Positions 48,453 to 62,924 of a stretch of DNA of 64,000 nt are shown piece after piece (within the stretch, counting starts at the first letter, position 1; each line of letters opens with the position of its first letter). Under the pieces are notes generated by a model, which searched no databases, was not told the origin of the DNA, and worked only from the letters and a program-made list of their open reading frames with translations. This stretch comes from Eledone cirrhosa (lineage: Eukaryota). A program made the position numbers and the translations under genes. The stretch is from positions 224,068,001 to 224,132,000 of the forward strand of contig OZ024742.1 in the NCBI GenBank assembly GCA_964016885.1, given 5' to 3'.

Positions 48453-49237
48453 TATATAAATTGATATAAGTAATATTGTGTATATGTGTAAGCTATATTA
48501 TGTATAAGTAAGTAATATTGAGTATATATGAAAAAAATACTAACTACAGACAATAGGGTTTGTTAGACTCAATTTAAGAATAAATCAAGAAAAATTAATA
48601 CAAACCAGAATTGTGGTATATACAGTATTATATAAATTTATATAAGTAATATTGTGTATATGTGTAAGCTATATTATGTATAAGTAAGTAATATTGAGTA
48701 TATATGAAAAAAATACTAACTACAGACAATAGGGTTTGTTAGACTCAATTTAAGAATAAATCAAGAAAAATTAATACAAACCAGAATTGTGGTATATACA
48801 GTATTATATAAATTTATATAAGTAATATTGTGTATATGTGTAAGCTATATTATGTATAAGTAAGTAATATTGAGTATATATGAAAAAAATACTAACTACA
48901 GACAATAGGGTTTGTTAGACTCAATTTAAGAATAAATCAAGAAAAATTAATACAAACCAGAATTGTGGTATATACAGTATTATATAAATTTATATAAGTA
49001 ATATTGTGTATATGTGTAAGCTATATTATGTATAAGTAAGTAATATTGAGTATATATGAAAAAAATACTAACTACAGACAATAGGGTTTGTTAGACTCAA
49101 TTTAAGAATAAATCAAGAAAAATTAATACAAACCAGAATTGTGGTATATACAGTATTATATAAATTTATATAAGTAATATTGTGTATATGTGTAAGCTAT
49201 ATTATGTATAAGTAAGTAATATTGAGTATATATGTAA
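48453..49237. repeat. 176-bp tandem repeat, about 4.4 identical copies
   Basis: TATAAGTAATATTGTG occurs at 48465, 48641, 48817, 48993 and 49169. Confidence 0.95.
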
Positions 49238-49242
49238 GCCAT

Positions 49243-49445
49243 ATTGATTTCTAATGAAGGCGTGAGACCAGCAAATTTGGGGAAGGGTAAAGTTGATCCA
49301 ATCAACACCAGTACTAACCTTTATCGATCCTAGGAGGATGAAAAGGGAATTTGACCCTGGCACGATTTGAACTCGGTATGTTAAGCACCCGAACAAATAT
49401 CGCAATCCTATTTCATCCGATGGTCTACTAACTCTGCCACTCCTC
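49243..49445 (-). mobile_element. Diverged tRNA-derived SINE
   Basis: TTTATCGATCCTAGGAGGATGAAAAGG..GATTTGAACTC core. Confidence 0.55.
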
Positions 49446-49794
49446 CATTCCTATGTTTATTTAAGTAATATGTGGAAGCCATATATATTATATAAAACTA
49501 CCGAAGCTAGAGTGACTGAAAGTACATACAAATTACGTCACACGCCCACTCTTAAAGGAACACACACATAACAGCCCTTTAAGTTGATATACGTGGCGAG
49601 TGTGCGTATATATATATATATATATACACACACACATATATATATATATATATACACACACGCATATATATATATATATATATACACACACGCACTCTTA
49701 TATATAATATATATATATATAAACATATATATACACACTCACACACTCATATATATATATGTATATATATATATGATATACGTGGCGAGTGTGC

Positions 49795-49879
<85 letters not shown>

Positions 49880-49880
49880 C

Positions 49881-49973
<93 letters not shown>

Positions 49974-50048
49974 TATACACACTCACACACTCATGTATAT
50001 ATATATGTATATATATATATATATATATGATATACGTCGCGAGTGTGC

Positions 50049-50085
<37 letters not shown>

Positions 50086-50559
50086 GTTTCTGAATTTGTT
50101 TCTTATTGGCAACATGACCCTCCCAAAGTATAACAATATATATATTTATATATACACATATATATATATACACACACACGCACTATTATATATATACATA
50201 TATATACACACTCACACACTCATATATATATATATTCATATATATTCATATATATGAAAGTGTGAGTATTTGTGTAGATGTATACTTCCACGTGTGTATG
50301 TGCGTTTATTGTATGTACACGTGCTCGTGCTTGTTAAATTTGCTTTGATATATTAATACATGTGTAGATTGGAAAACGTGCGGAACCTAGGATAAAACGG
50401 AATGGGAATTACGGAAAAAATTAACAAGAGACAAACATACATGAATGTATGTATGTATATATATATATATATACACATGCATATATATGTATATATAAAC
50501 ATACATATATACATATACATACATATATATATACACGTATATATAGATGTATGTATACA

Positions 50560-50643
<84 letters not shown>

Positions 50644-50780
50644 CAAAGAGAGGGGGTAGAAGGATATATATATATATATATATATGTAGAGGTTATATTT
50701 AATTTGTTGGGATACAACAAGCAAAAGATTTTTATAACTGATATAAAGCACTCAACAAATTATTGGAGTAAATATACAAT

Positions 50781-50883
50781 ATATTAACAAATGGAAATTA
50801 TATTTATAAAACCATATTGGCCCTTGAAATATGTATAATGAAATAAATATGGTTTTATAAATATAGTTTCCATTTGTTAATAT

Positions 50884-50884
<1 letters not shown>
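50781..50884. repeat. Hairpin with about 38-bp arms
   Basis: ATATTAACAAATGGAAATTATATTTATAAAACCATATT / AATATGGTTTTATAAATATAGTTTCCATTTGTTAATAT. Confidence 0.85.
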
Positions 50885-50946
<62 letters not shown>

Positions 50947-51023
50947 CGTTTCCGTATTTATATATATATATGTATATATATAAATATGTATATATATAAA
51001 TATGTATATATATATATATATAT

Positions 51024-51210
51024 AACGAAGGAAATATGGTAAGGAACCAGGTGGACCATAACGCACCAAAGTACCCAATACCTAGGGTAGTAGAGTGGGT
51101 AATAGGAACGAGTAGGACCCCGACGGCTGAGCTCAAGCCGTTTCGACGGCTAATTCAGAATTAGCCGTCGAAACGGCTTGAGCTCAGCCGTCGGGGTCCT
51201 ACTCGTTCCT
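51024..51210. mobile_element. Short fold-back copy of the 36904 family, inverted inside HHR stem II
   Basis: ...CGACGGCTAATTC|AGAATTAGCCGTCG... Both arms carry only the HHR 3' half. Confidence 0.8.
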
Positions 51211-51384
51211 ATATATATATATTTATATATATACACACGCACACATTGGGTGTTACCAGTTAAAATGATCAAACTATGTACAACTCGATACCTGGGATAG
51301 TAAAGTGTATGTATTGTAAAAAGATAGTGTCCGACAGATAAAATGGCGTGAGCTCAGCCGTCGGGCACTAACCTTTACCTATAC

Positions 51385-52626
51385 GCTACTGAGATTCGAA
51401 GGACATGTCCGTGACCATCAACCATTCCAACCCCTGTAGCAATGGCGAAAACGGCAGGTGTAAGATGACACCGGAAGCCGCAGTCCAAATCAAGCATGCA
51501 GGGGTTCAGGATTTTGGTCGTCTAATGTTGACCCGAGACGATAACATCATTCAGAACACCCTGAATGACCAAATAGGTTTCTCTAGGGACCACATTACTT
51601 GCCCCACACGGAGAGGAGCCTAGAAAAGGTGGCCTAAATAAAGTTCGTCTCCTACACCCCCAGTTGAAAAACCGCAGTCAAGGAAGGGGAATCTTCTCAC
51701 GCAGTCGAACAATACCTGCAAGTGTGTGAAAGGACTGAAAACCACGTGCTAGAACATAAGAACCATGCCAGACACAGCCGAGAGCAGACGTCCAGAACGT
51801 CGCTCCGCTCTCATTACACAAGAGCTGACAAGACTGTTGAGAACGCTGTTCTCAGTGAAGTCCACTTTCCAGAGGCAGGCAGCCTACGAGAGCATGGGGC
51901 CGGATACACCTTGTATTTGCCAGAAAAATAGCAGCAGAGAGACGTAGTGAGGTGAGCAGTGCATTTGGCAGACCGTACAACAAACACCCGAAGAAGGGTG
52001 CCAAGATTAGGGTCTACAGAGACATAGTCCTTATCCCCTCTTTTATGGCTCACAGTCGTGGGTCACTTATCGTCACCACCAGCGCTGCCTTCGCACCATC
52101 ATCAACATTCACTGGAGTGATTTTGTCACCAATGTTGATGTCCTCGGACGGGCGAAGGTCACCAGCATCGAGGCCATGCTTCTAAAAGTCCAACTACGCT
52201 GGGTAGGGCACGTCTCTAGGATGGAGGATCATCACCTTCCCAAGATCGCGTTTTACGGCGAACTCTCCACCATCATCACAACAGGGGGCTCACTAAGGAA
52301 GCGATACAAGAAGTGTTTGAAAAAAATCCCTTGGTGCCTGTCACATCGACTATCGCCGGTATTCCACCCTAGCTGAAAACTGTGGCGCATGGCGTCTCAT
52401 CACCAACCATGCTCCCCTACTTCGAAAACACCCGCAGGGGCACCCTCGAGGACAAAAGGTAGCGGAGGAAGAACCATAACACCACGTCTTCAAACTTCGA
52501 CGAAACTATTAGCTGTAGCCGCTGTGGCCGTATCTGTCTGCCCCGCATTGGCCTGAACGGACACGAGCGTTCCTGCAGTCAATGTGGACCAACCCCTTAT
52601 TAATCTTCGTTCACGAAGCCAAGCCA
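51385..52626 (+). mobile_element. Internally deleted and degenerate RTE (BovB-like) LINE
   Basis: SIEAMLLKVQLRWVGHVSRMEDHHLPKIAFYGELS..RKRYKKCLK, with a C-terminal Cys-rich remnant. It ends at GAAGCCAAGCC. Confidence 0.7.
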
Positions 52627-52657
52627 TGGAACATATCTGTATATATATGTATATATA

Positions 52658-53220
<563 letters not shown>

Positions 53221-53677
53221 TATTGTATAAAGCTATGCTTGAAGCGAAATCCTATTTCTTTTATATATATATATATATATATAATATAATTTATGTTAGG
53301 TTATTTACGAATGGGTGGAACTGGTGGTTCGGGCTGGTAAACGATGGTGCAACAAATTAATCAAACCATTCAACGTTATGCAAATCATCCATCTGCTATC
53401 GATGTAACACTATATTTGCAGACTGTCCCTGAATCGAATTTTCTATTTTTTAAAATTTTCTCTGTACATTATATTACATTATGTATTTGTGTTCAATGTA
53501 ATACTGTTACATAGTTCTGATGCTGACACTCGATGAGATCGGATGATGGAACTAAGTCATCGAAATATGTATAGTAAAAGTTTTCCCGTCCGGCCTTCTG
53601 TTATTAATTTAATGTGTGTGTGTGTATATATATATATATACACCCCACACACACGCGTGCACACACACATGCACACT

Positions 53678-53799
<122 letters not shown>

Positions 53800-53844
53800 A
53801 TAAGGAAATACAAAGTTTAGATGATAAAGTCCTTTATTGATAAG

Positions 53845-53922
53845 GCTGTGATACATATTTCGAGGACGACATTGGCTACGCAATTCGGCGCAGAATCCAC
53901 TGCCATGCTCTCTTCAGACAGC
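53845..53922 (-). ncRNA. Type I HHR, canonical core, in fold-back unit 53799-54095
   Basis: GCTGT-CTGAAGA-GAG...CTC-GAAA-TATGTA-TC-ACAGC. An inverted partial copy lies at 53995-54095. Confidence 0.75.
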
Positions 53923-54170
53923 GTCTTACATAATACAGTTACAATCAAGGAGGTACTCCAAAATCAAAGTGACAAGGGAACGGATAAACAGCGATGGATT
54001 CTAGGCCGAATTGTGTAGCCAATGTCGACATCGAAATACGTATACCGACCTTATCAATAAAGGACTTTATCACCTAAACTTTGTATTTCCTTATTCTAAA
54101 AATACTCCGTCACTCCTGTGTGGAAAATGTGCGTTAAGTTCTCGAATTGGATTACATCAATATTTTTACA

Positions 54171-54217
<47 letters not shown>

Positions 54218-54223
<6 letters not shown>

Positions 54224-56140
54224 TTGATATAGACGACTACTATGCATCCATATCCCCAGCTACCCTAGATAAGGCGCTTATATTTGCCCCAAATAACTCT
54301 GATCTTACCCATGATGAAATTGAAATAATAATAGCAGCTAGAGGGACTATCATAAAATTTGAAAATAGCTACTGGGTAAGAAAGGATAGAATAAATAGCT
54401 TCGATATAACAATGGGATCAAATGATTCTGCGCAAATCACAGATATCGTGGGGCTATTCATAGCACACAACCTACATAAGGAATTCAGTAACCTCCAAGG
54501 AGGAATTTATAGGGACGACACGTTACTTATAGCTAGGAACCTAAACAACCAGAGCATGGAAAGACTAAGAAAAAATATTAGAATATTCTTCAAAAAACTA
54601 GTATTACCTACGAACTGAACCATAAGAAGGTAAATTTTCTAGATGTGACTCTAAATCTAAATACTGGATTAATAGAACCTTTCCACAAAAATAATGAAAA
54701 TCTTGCCTACATTAGTTACAACTCAAATCACCCCAAATCCATAATTAGATCCATAGCACGTAGTACATCCCTCCGAATATCCCGCTTATCCTCAAACCTA
54801 GAAATCTTTAACGAGCATGCTGACTATTATAATGCAGCATTAAGTAGGGCCGGTCATAAAGATAAACTGCAGTATATAGTGAATAAAGACAACGTAAACA
54901 ATCCTAGTAATTACTATTCCAACCGCTCACATAATAATAGAAATAACTTGACTAGACATAGGGTTAGACACGTAACACCTGGAGTAAACGGCCAAAACAC
55001 TAATAACGTAAACCCTAGAAACAATAGAAGAAACAGACAAAGAAAATACCTATGGTTCAACCCAATATTCAACTCCTCTATAAAAACTAGACTGCCCTCT
55101 ACATTCTTTAAACTAATAGATAAACACTTCCCTATCTCGCATAGATATCACAAAATACTCAATAGATCTACTATAAAACTCTCATACTCAACAGCAGCAA
55201 ACATAGAATCACACATACGCAAGATCAACCACAGAAATATCTCTAGTAAATCAACAGCACCTATACATAACGTAGCACCAAATTATAAGCACAAACACAT
55301 CACAACCACAAGCGCATACAAACGCGCAGCAGCAAAACCCCATTGGGCATATATCACAACCCACTTATAACAGAGTACTAAACAGGAATGTAAAAGCTGC
55401 ACAAAATAGCGCCTCAAACTGTAACTGTCACCTACCAGATAGGTGCCCATTGGCGAACAGATGTCTCGATTCGAGCCTAGTATACATGTGCACGGTCATC
55501 TCGGGTAACTCCACCTGGAATTACATAGGATCCACCGCGGGTTCTTTTAAAAAAAGATGGTATGTGCACAGGCACTCAATGAAGAACCGTGCACTTATGG
55601 GTTCCACAACCCTCGCCAAAAAAATATGGGAACTGAAGGACAGCAGCACTAACTACAGTATCAACTGGTCGAAGTTATCGGCTGCTAAAACCTATAGTAC
55701 AGGGATGTCCCACTGCGGGCTATGTGATCTTGAGCTATTGTATATCCTCAAAAATGTAAAAAGGCTACTTAACAATAAGTTAGAAAGATCTATCTTCTGC
55801 AGACATAGAATTGCCACTAAATTCATAAGATTCAAACCTCCGTGAATCGAACCAACACAACATAGCTTTAAATTAGGATACCTACTACCCACAGAAATAT
55901 ATCCATTAAGTATACTCTAGCCTTCACAAGTCTATACCACACAAATGGCTGTAAGTACCTCATCAACCCACAAACTTATTCCTTCTCAGCTGCTGCCATC
56001 ATTTGATCCTAAATCCTAGTTTTTCTCAAATCATTACTACAATGTAACTTTACCTTCCTTTTGCCATAATTACAATTAGCACGCTTATCTCTTTGCATGT
56101 ATGTATATTTTTGTACGAGTGTATATTGATGTGTATGTAT
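54218..56140 (+). mobile_element. 5'-truncated Nematis-like PLE (RT-GIY-YIG, two frameshifts; coding remnant ends 55845)
   Basis: QFDIDDYYASIS, FDITMGS, GIYRDD, NFLDVTL, SNHP, WFNP, CNC..CPL, LVY..YIG..FKKRW..H, CGLCDLE, CRH. Confidence 0.87.
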
Positions 56141-56564
56141 GACCCCTTAGCCTTTGTCAAGGCAGAATTCTAGGAGAAGGAAAACTCTGATATAACACCT
56201 GCAACTCTGATGGTATCCAATGATGTTGACTTGTTCTTCTTTTTGGTAAATATCATCTTGGTTAAGAGAGTGGGACTGGCTTTGTGCAGTGCCTTTGCTC
56301 ACTATAAAAGCTTCACGGCACAGGCATTGCTTTATATCTGGAGATCTCTCTGCACTTGTCGTCACAGGGTACCATGGCCCCAGCACTATGTGTCAATATT
56401 TGTCACAAGTGTAGTGTTTGTACCAGAGTTTTCAAGTCGCTGGCTGGACTAAAAGGTCACACTCGTTCAGTGCATCGGTAGGGGTTCTCCTATATGGATA
56501 TAAAGTAGTGGCCGTACTCGAAAACGAGTTGGCAGCCACCATGTATGTGTCTATGTACACATGC

Positions 56565-56683
<119 letters not shown>

Positions 56684-57223
56684 AATATATGCGTATATTA
56701 GCTCGTTAACCTCTGTATTAACTCAACAACTATTTAGCTTTGACAGTGTTGTCCCACTCATGTATGTTATTGAAGATGAAAAGAAAGACTGTAAACACTG
56801 GCTTATCTTTATAATTTAAAATTGATACACACTTCGATACTCTGTACATGCTAAACTCTTACTTTTGCCTCATGACAGCTAGTTTTACACGCCGTAATCT
56901 TAGATACACTATACCCCCCACCTAAGTAATGTCAGGGTCTCCTCAAATAATTTATTAATAGCATTGTTGTAATTGTTGTTATTGTTCTAACTGAATGCCA
57001 TTACTACTTCAGATAGTAGCCTGTATATTCTTCTCTTGCCTGTGTATTCTCTTCATTCTCGCATGCTCCGAAGAACTGACTGGTTATAATTTTGTATTGG
57101 CGATCGAGTAACGTGAAAATAAGTGAATAGCGATCTCTAGACCTACCAGTTCAGAGAAACAATTGTCAGCTATGAGATTAAAAACCTTTTTTGTATAGCA
57201 AACCATGTCAACCTTCTTTCCTG

Positions 57224-57292
<69 letters not shown>

Positions 57293-57296
<4 letters not shown>

Positions 57297-57943
57297 GTAT
57301 ATGATTTTTAATGCAATGAAATATCTATGATCGTTGGCAAATCATTGATGAGGGACTCATTTTATAACGTGTTATCCATGTGCAACCTGCAGTATTCTTC
57401 TCCTCATTTTTTCACATATATTTACCTAAACTGCGATTCTGTTTTTCTCTCTCTCTCTCTTACTGCTCCCTCGTTCTCTCTGTTTCTCTTACTTTCTTTC
57501 GCCCCCTCTGTCATGTCAGTTAACACTTTCTCTCTACTGACCTCTTCCTCACACTTCCACTCACTCACTCACTGTTTCTCCCCTTCTCACTTCACCCCGT
57601 TCGCGACGAAAACAATTTCCTTCTTTCTTACATTGGATTCATCTCGAAAGGTCTATTTTCTACGCGCTCATATATTCACCCAGCTTATGCTGATAGAATA
57701 ACTATGTAGCTTGTGCCTCTTCCTATCTACGGTTAGCTTTCCTCTTTGTTGTTTACTTGTCTCACTCGCTTTACGCGTTTTAATTGTCCTAATAACTTAA
57801 TTTAGTTATTATTGCACCAACGTGAGGTATATGATTTTTAATGCAATGAAATATCTATGATCGTTGGCAAATCACTGATGAGGGACTCATTTTATAACAT
57901 GTTATCCATGTGCAACCTGCAGTATTCTTCTCCCCATATTTTC

Positions 57944-57945
<2 letters not shown>
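57293..57945. repeat. About 122-bp direct repeats (57293-57416, 57823-57945) flanking a about 405-bp pyrimidine-rich spacer
   Basis: TGAGGTATATGATTTTTAATGCAATG...GCAGTATTCTTCTCC duplicated with few substitutions, with TA repeats on both sides. Confidence 0.88.
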
Positions 57946-57976
<31 letters not shown>

Positions 57977-58090
57977 TGTGTATACATATATTTGTGTTGG
58001 TGCTCTGAAATAGCGATGTATATATGAATGTACATATTGTATATTTACTAATATACTTTATGTTTATTTAAGCAAAGAAGAAGAGATATA

Positions 58091-58133
58091 TAGCCTTGAC
58101 AACCACTAAAAAGGGAGAAACGATCGTCGGTTA
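58091..58133 (+). ncRNA. Decayed minimal HHR, U3-A8 variant
   Basis: TAGCC-TTGACAA-(weak stem II)-GAAA-CGATCG-TC-GGTTA. Confidence 0.5.
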
Positions 58134-58236
58134 TTCCCCTTGGATTTTGTTAGATATGAGACGTTAGTCACTATCTTAAATTATATAGCGAAAGACCTTT
58201 AAAATGTTTTAAAATAAAAATACAGTATATTATTAA

Positions 58237-58371
58237 GGTGAATTGGCAGTAGCGGTAGAGGGTCGGACACCATACTTTCCAGCATAGTTACGTCCCTTTA
58301 CGGTCGATAAAATAAAGTACCAGTAATGTACTGGGTAATTGCTGGCCTTGTGCCAAAAGTAGAAATAATTA
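58237..58371 (+). mobile_element. Internally deleted copy of the 482-670 SINE
   Basis: Head and tail match, and the B-box/core start is missing. Confidence 0.7.
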
Positions 58372-58414
58372 TTAAATATACAATATGTACACACACACAT
58401 ACACACATACGCAG

Positions 58415-58463
<49 letters not shown>

Positions 58464-58921
58464 CACAAATTTGCGAGGAGCCTCACCCTATCCGCCTACC
58501 AAATTCCACTTATAAGGCATTGATTAATCCGAAGTTATAGTTGAAGACATCTGCTCCTCGTGGTACCGCGCAAATGGTTTGAACCCTGAACCACATGTTG
58601 GTGAAATGAACTACTTTTAACTAACACTGTCATGCCAGCACCTACTGGATGGAAAAAGGGGGTAATATCAGTTAAGATTTTTATTCAGTATATATGACGT
58701 GGCAACTATTTTCATAACATTTTAGGATAAAAAAATGGTAAATATCTTGTACAGTTTTTCTTGGTAACAGCTTCAGTATGTATAAGAAACCAAAACGGAT
58801 GTATGAATTGTGTTCACAGTTTTTTATGGATATGTTACACACACACACAGACACAAAGAGACAGACACACAGTCTCTCACACAACGCATATATATATATA
58901 TATATACATACATACATAGAT

Positions 58922-58976
<55 letters not shown>

Positions 58977-59204
58977 TAGATAGATATAGCTAGATATGAA
59001 AATTGAATTAGAAGCATTTGACTACAGAAAATAGTGTAATAGCAGGGCAAATAAGCTTTTGTTTGTAGGACGAACACGAGGTGGTGGTTCGACTCCCATG
59101 CGAGCTGATGTCTATTGTTTTCCACACACACACATACACACAGATATATATATATATATATCTGTGTGTGTCTGTGTATATATATATATATATGTATATA
59201 TAGG

Positions 59205-59340
<136 letters not shown>

Positions 59341-59421
59341 TGAGTGTGTGACGATGATCACAACTTTAACAATTTATAGCGAAAGGCAGTCAAATCAATA
59401 TATATATATATATATATAAAA

Positions 59422-59495
<74 letters not shown>

Positions 59496-59708
59496 GGTTT
59501 GTTTTGTAAACCTGTTGGTTTTTTTCGTTGCTTCGGTGTCGTGGCCAGGCTTGCCTTCCACAGTTTTCAATTTGTCATGTCGTCTAACGAATGTTATTAC
59601 TCTGAGATTCCTCATGGAGTGCTTGGCTGCATAATATTTCATTGTATCTCGTTGGCTTGACTACAGCCGAAGCTTCGATTTTACTAAACTTCCATTTATA
59701 TATAATGG

Positions 59709-60235
59709 AAAAATTTGAACAGGGACAAAACAGAGAGGCAGTACAACGAATGTTTATTAATTTCACGCTCTGGAGAGTGGGGTGTTGGTGGGGGACGACG
59801 TTTCGGGCATAAGCCCTTCCTCAGGTGAGAAGTGTGTGGGAACAGAGTTCAAAGGGTGTGTAGGGGAGTGGTGGCGAGACATATAGCGAAAGGAAACGGT
59901 GCGAATGAAAAAATAAAGATAAAAATAAAAATAAAGCATGATCAAAATACAAGGAATGAAATAAATTTAAATATAAAAGCATGATCAAAATAAACTGTAA
60001 TTAAAAGGGGGGTAAAACAGGTGGTGGAAGGGTGTGGGGTGTGTAGGGGTGGTGGCGGGTGGAGTGGAGAGAGGGAGACGGGGTGTCCGAGCGGGGAGGG
60101 CTGAAGGTGGTGTGTGTGTGTAGGTATACGTGTGTGTGTGTGTGTATGTGAAAGTAAGGATTGGGGGAAGAACGGGGTTGCATGTTCAGGAAGAGGTGTG
60201 TGTGTGTGTGGGGGGGGGGGTCGGAGTGTCTGTGC

Positions 60236-60272
<37 letters not shown>

Positions 60273-60581
60273 CACTCCACCCGCCACCACCCCTACACGC
60301 CCCACACCCTTCCACCACATGTTTTACTTCATGTTTATTTTAATTTTTATTATGCTTTTATATTTAATTTCATTTGTACCGTTTCCTCTCACCCCCTTTT
60401 TTTCTATATGTCTCTCCACCACTCCCCTATACACCATTGGAACTCTCTTCCCACACACTTTTCATCTGAAGAAGGGCTTATGCCCGAAACGTCGTTCCCC
60501 ACCACCACCCCACTCACAAGAGCGTGAAACTAATAAACCTCTGTTCGTACTGCCTCTCTGTTTTGTTGCCGTACAATTTTT

Positions 60582-60582
<1 letters not shown>
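59709..60582. mobile_element. Two diverged PLE 3' ends in inverted orientation around a TA run, each with an HHR core (59791-59828 -, 60462-60500 +)
   Basis: CTGA(G/A)GA-A-GGGC TTAT GCCC-GAAACGTCGT occurs on both arms. Stem I is not evident. Confidence 0.7.
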
Positions 60583-60648
<66 letters not shown>

Positions 60649-60740
60649 TATATTTTTTCATTCTGATGATTGAAAGCAAAATTTTTTTGCTTTTAAGAAA
60701 CCACTGGTAAATGAAATAATTGCCTTATGTTGTTTATTAC

Positions 60741-60797
<57 letters not shown>

Positions 60798-60986
60798 GAA
60801 GGAGTTGTGGTAAAGAACCAGATGGACCATAACGCACCAATACTTAGGGTAGTAGAGTGGGTAATAGGAAAAAGTAATAGGAAAAAGTATATATATATAT
60901 ATATATATTGTTATGCTTTGGGATAACAATATCTGTTTCAACACACGTTTTCAGATAAAGAATCTTTCTAAACAAATTCAGAAACG

Positions 60987-61058
<72 letters not shown>

Positions 61059-61311
61059 GAGGGGGGTGAGAAACAGCAGTGCATGATCAGTTCAAAGGTC
61101 CAGCAATTCGGAGACAGGTTAACCCATGGGTAATTTGCGGGTGAAGAGTTGTGTGAAGATATCCAGGTTCGAATAGCGGGTGGATTGCATGAACGTGGAA
61201 AAATAGTTCAAGAAGTGACAAGACAAACACAGAGATTCAAAAACGCGAAGCATCTAAAACAAAATTATCACCCTTAAGCGTGATACTAATAAAACCTGTT
61301 TTTTTGCATCT

Positions 61312-61519
<208 letters not shown>

Positions 61520-61521
61520 CA

Positions 61522-61587
<66 letters not shown>

Positions 61588-61611
61588 GATATATGTATAT
61601 ATATATATAGA

Positions 61612-61677
<66 letters not shown>

Positions 61678-61691
61678 TATATATACATATA

Positions 61692-61731
<40 letters not shown>

Positions 61732-61745
61732 TATATATACATATA

Positions 61746-61795
<50 letters not shown>

Positions 61796-61797
61796 TC

Positions 61798-61898
<101 letters not shown>

Positions 61899-61970
61899 TG
61901 ATATTTCAATTCCAATACTGGAATTGAAATATCAAGATCGTAGAGGTATGTCATATATCAAATCATATAT

Positions 61971-62032
61971 TTTATCTGACGAGGACGTACTGGAAAAAAA
62001 CAACACAGTACCTTCGAAATATATGTAATAAA
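61971..62032 (+). ncRNA. Type I HHR motif (family of 43534-43596)
   Basis: TTTAT-CTGACGA-GGACGTACTG...CAGTACCTTC-GAAA-TATATG-TA-ATAAA. It is preceded by a perfect 20-bp hairpin at 61895-61938. Confidence 0.65.
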
Positions 62033-62176
62033 GCATATATTTTGATTATGTGAATATCTTCAATTGTTAATATTTTGAATAATATTAAAACTCCAGGAAT
62101 ATTTCCTTGTTGAGTGCTTTTAATCTATTGTAAAACTGTATTCATTGAGTAATCAATGAACCATAATAATCTTTGG

Positions 62177-62261
<85 letters not shown>

Positions 62262-62267
62262 AAAAGA

Positions 62268-62512
62268 GTCAGGATCCCTACGGTTGAGCTCCGGCCGTTT
62301 CGACAGCTAGATCCGAACTAAGCCAGCAGTATTAGAACAGCGGGAATCTAGCGGACCTTATCAAGGGGTACAGTCCCTTCGTTCTAATACTGCTGACTTA
62401 GTTCGGATCTAGCTGTCGAAACGGCCGGAGCTCAGCCGTCGGGGTCCTGAATACGAGTACTCTGGTGCGTTATGGGTCCACCTGGTATTCTACTCACTAC
62501 TTTCTTTGTTCA
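62268..62512. mobile_element. Fold-back unit with a U3-A8 HHR (62275-62369, -), related to the 36904 family
   Basis: ACCCC-TTGATAA-GGTCCGCTAGAT...ATCTAGCTGTC-GAAA-CGGCCGGAGCTCAACCG-TA-GGGAT. The right arm (62381-62450) lacks the 5' core. Confidence 0.72.
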
Positions 62513-62924
62513 ATATAATATAATAATTATCTAATATATTATATACATACATAATATTAAATATAATATATATATATAATATATATATATAATAATATAT
62601 ATATCTATATATATTCATATATTGATAATATATATACATATACATATATATATATATACATATATACATATCTTTTATATATATATATATATATATTAAA
62701 TATATATAATATAAGTGGAAGTTTAGTAAATTCGAACTTTGGCTGCACGGCCAAGCAAAGTCAACCTACAATTAGGAATGGAGTAGCAAAGCACTCCAAT
62801 AAGGAGGTAGGTCCTTAGAGTAATAACATTACGTTTAGATAGCTTGACAAATTGAAAATTGTGGCAGGCAAAACCCAACCATACAATACCAAAACAACGG
62901 AAAAACTAATATATATATATATAT

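Noticed and set aside
53505-53576. Additional HHR (CTCGATGAG...CGAAATATGTATAGT)
   Set aside because: The core is disrupted and stem I is minimal, so it is at best a decayed copy.
56145-56545. Coding fragment
   Set aside because: Only short ORFs with no recognisable motif. It is probably a repeat fragment, but the family could not be supported.
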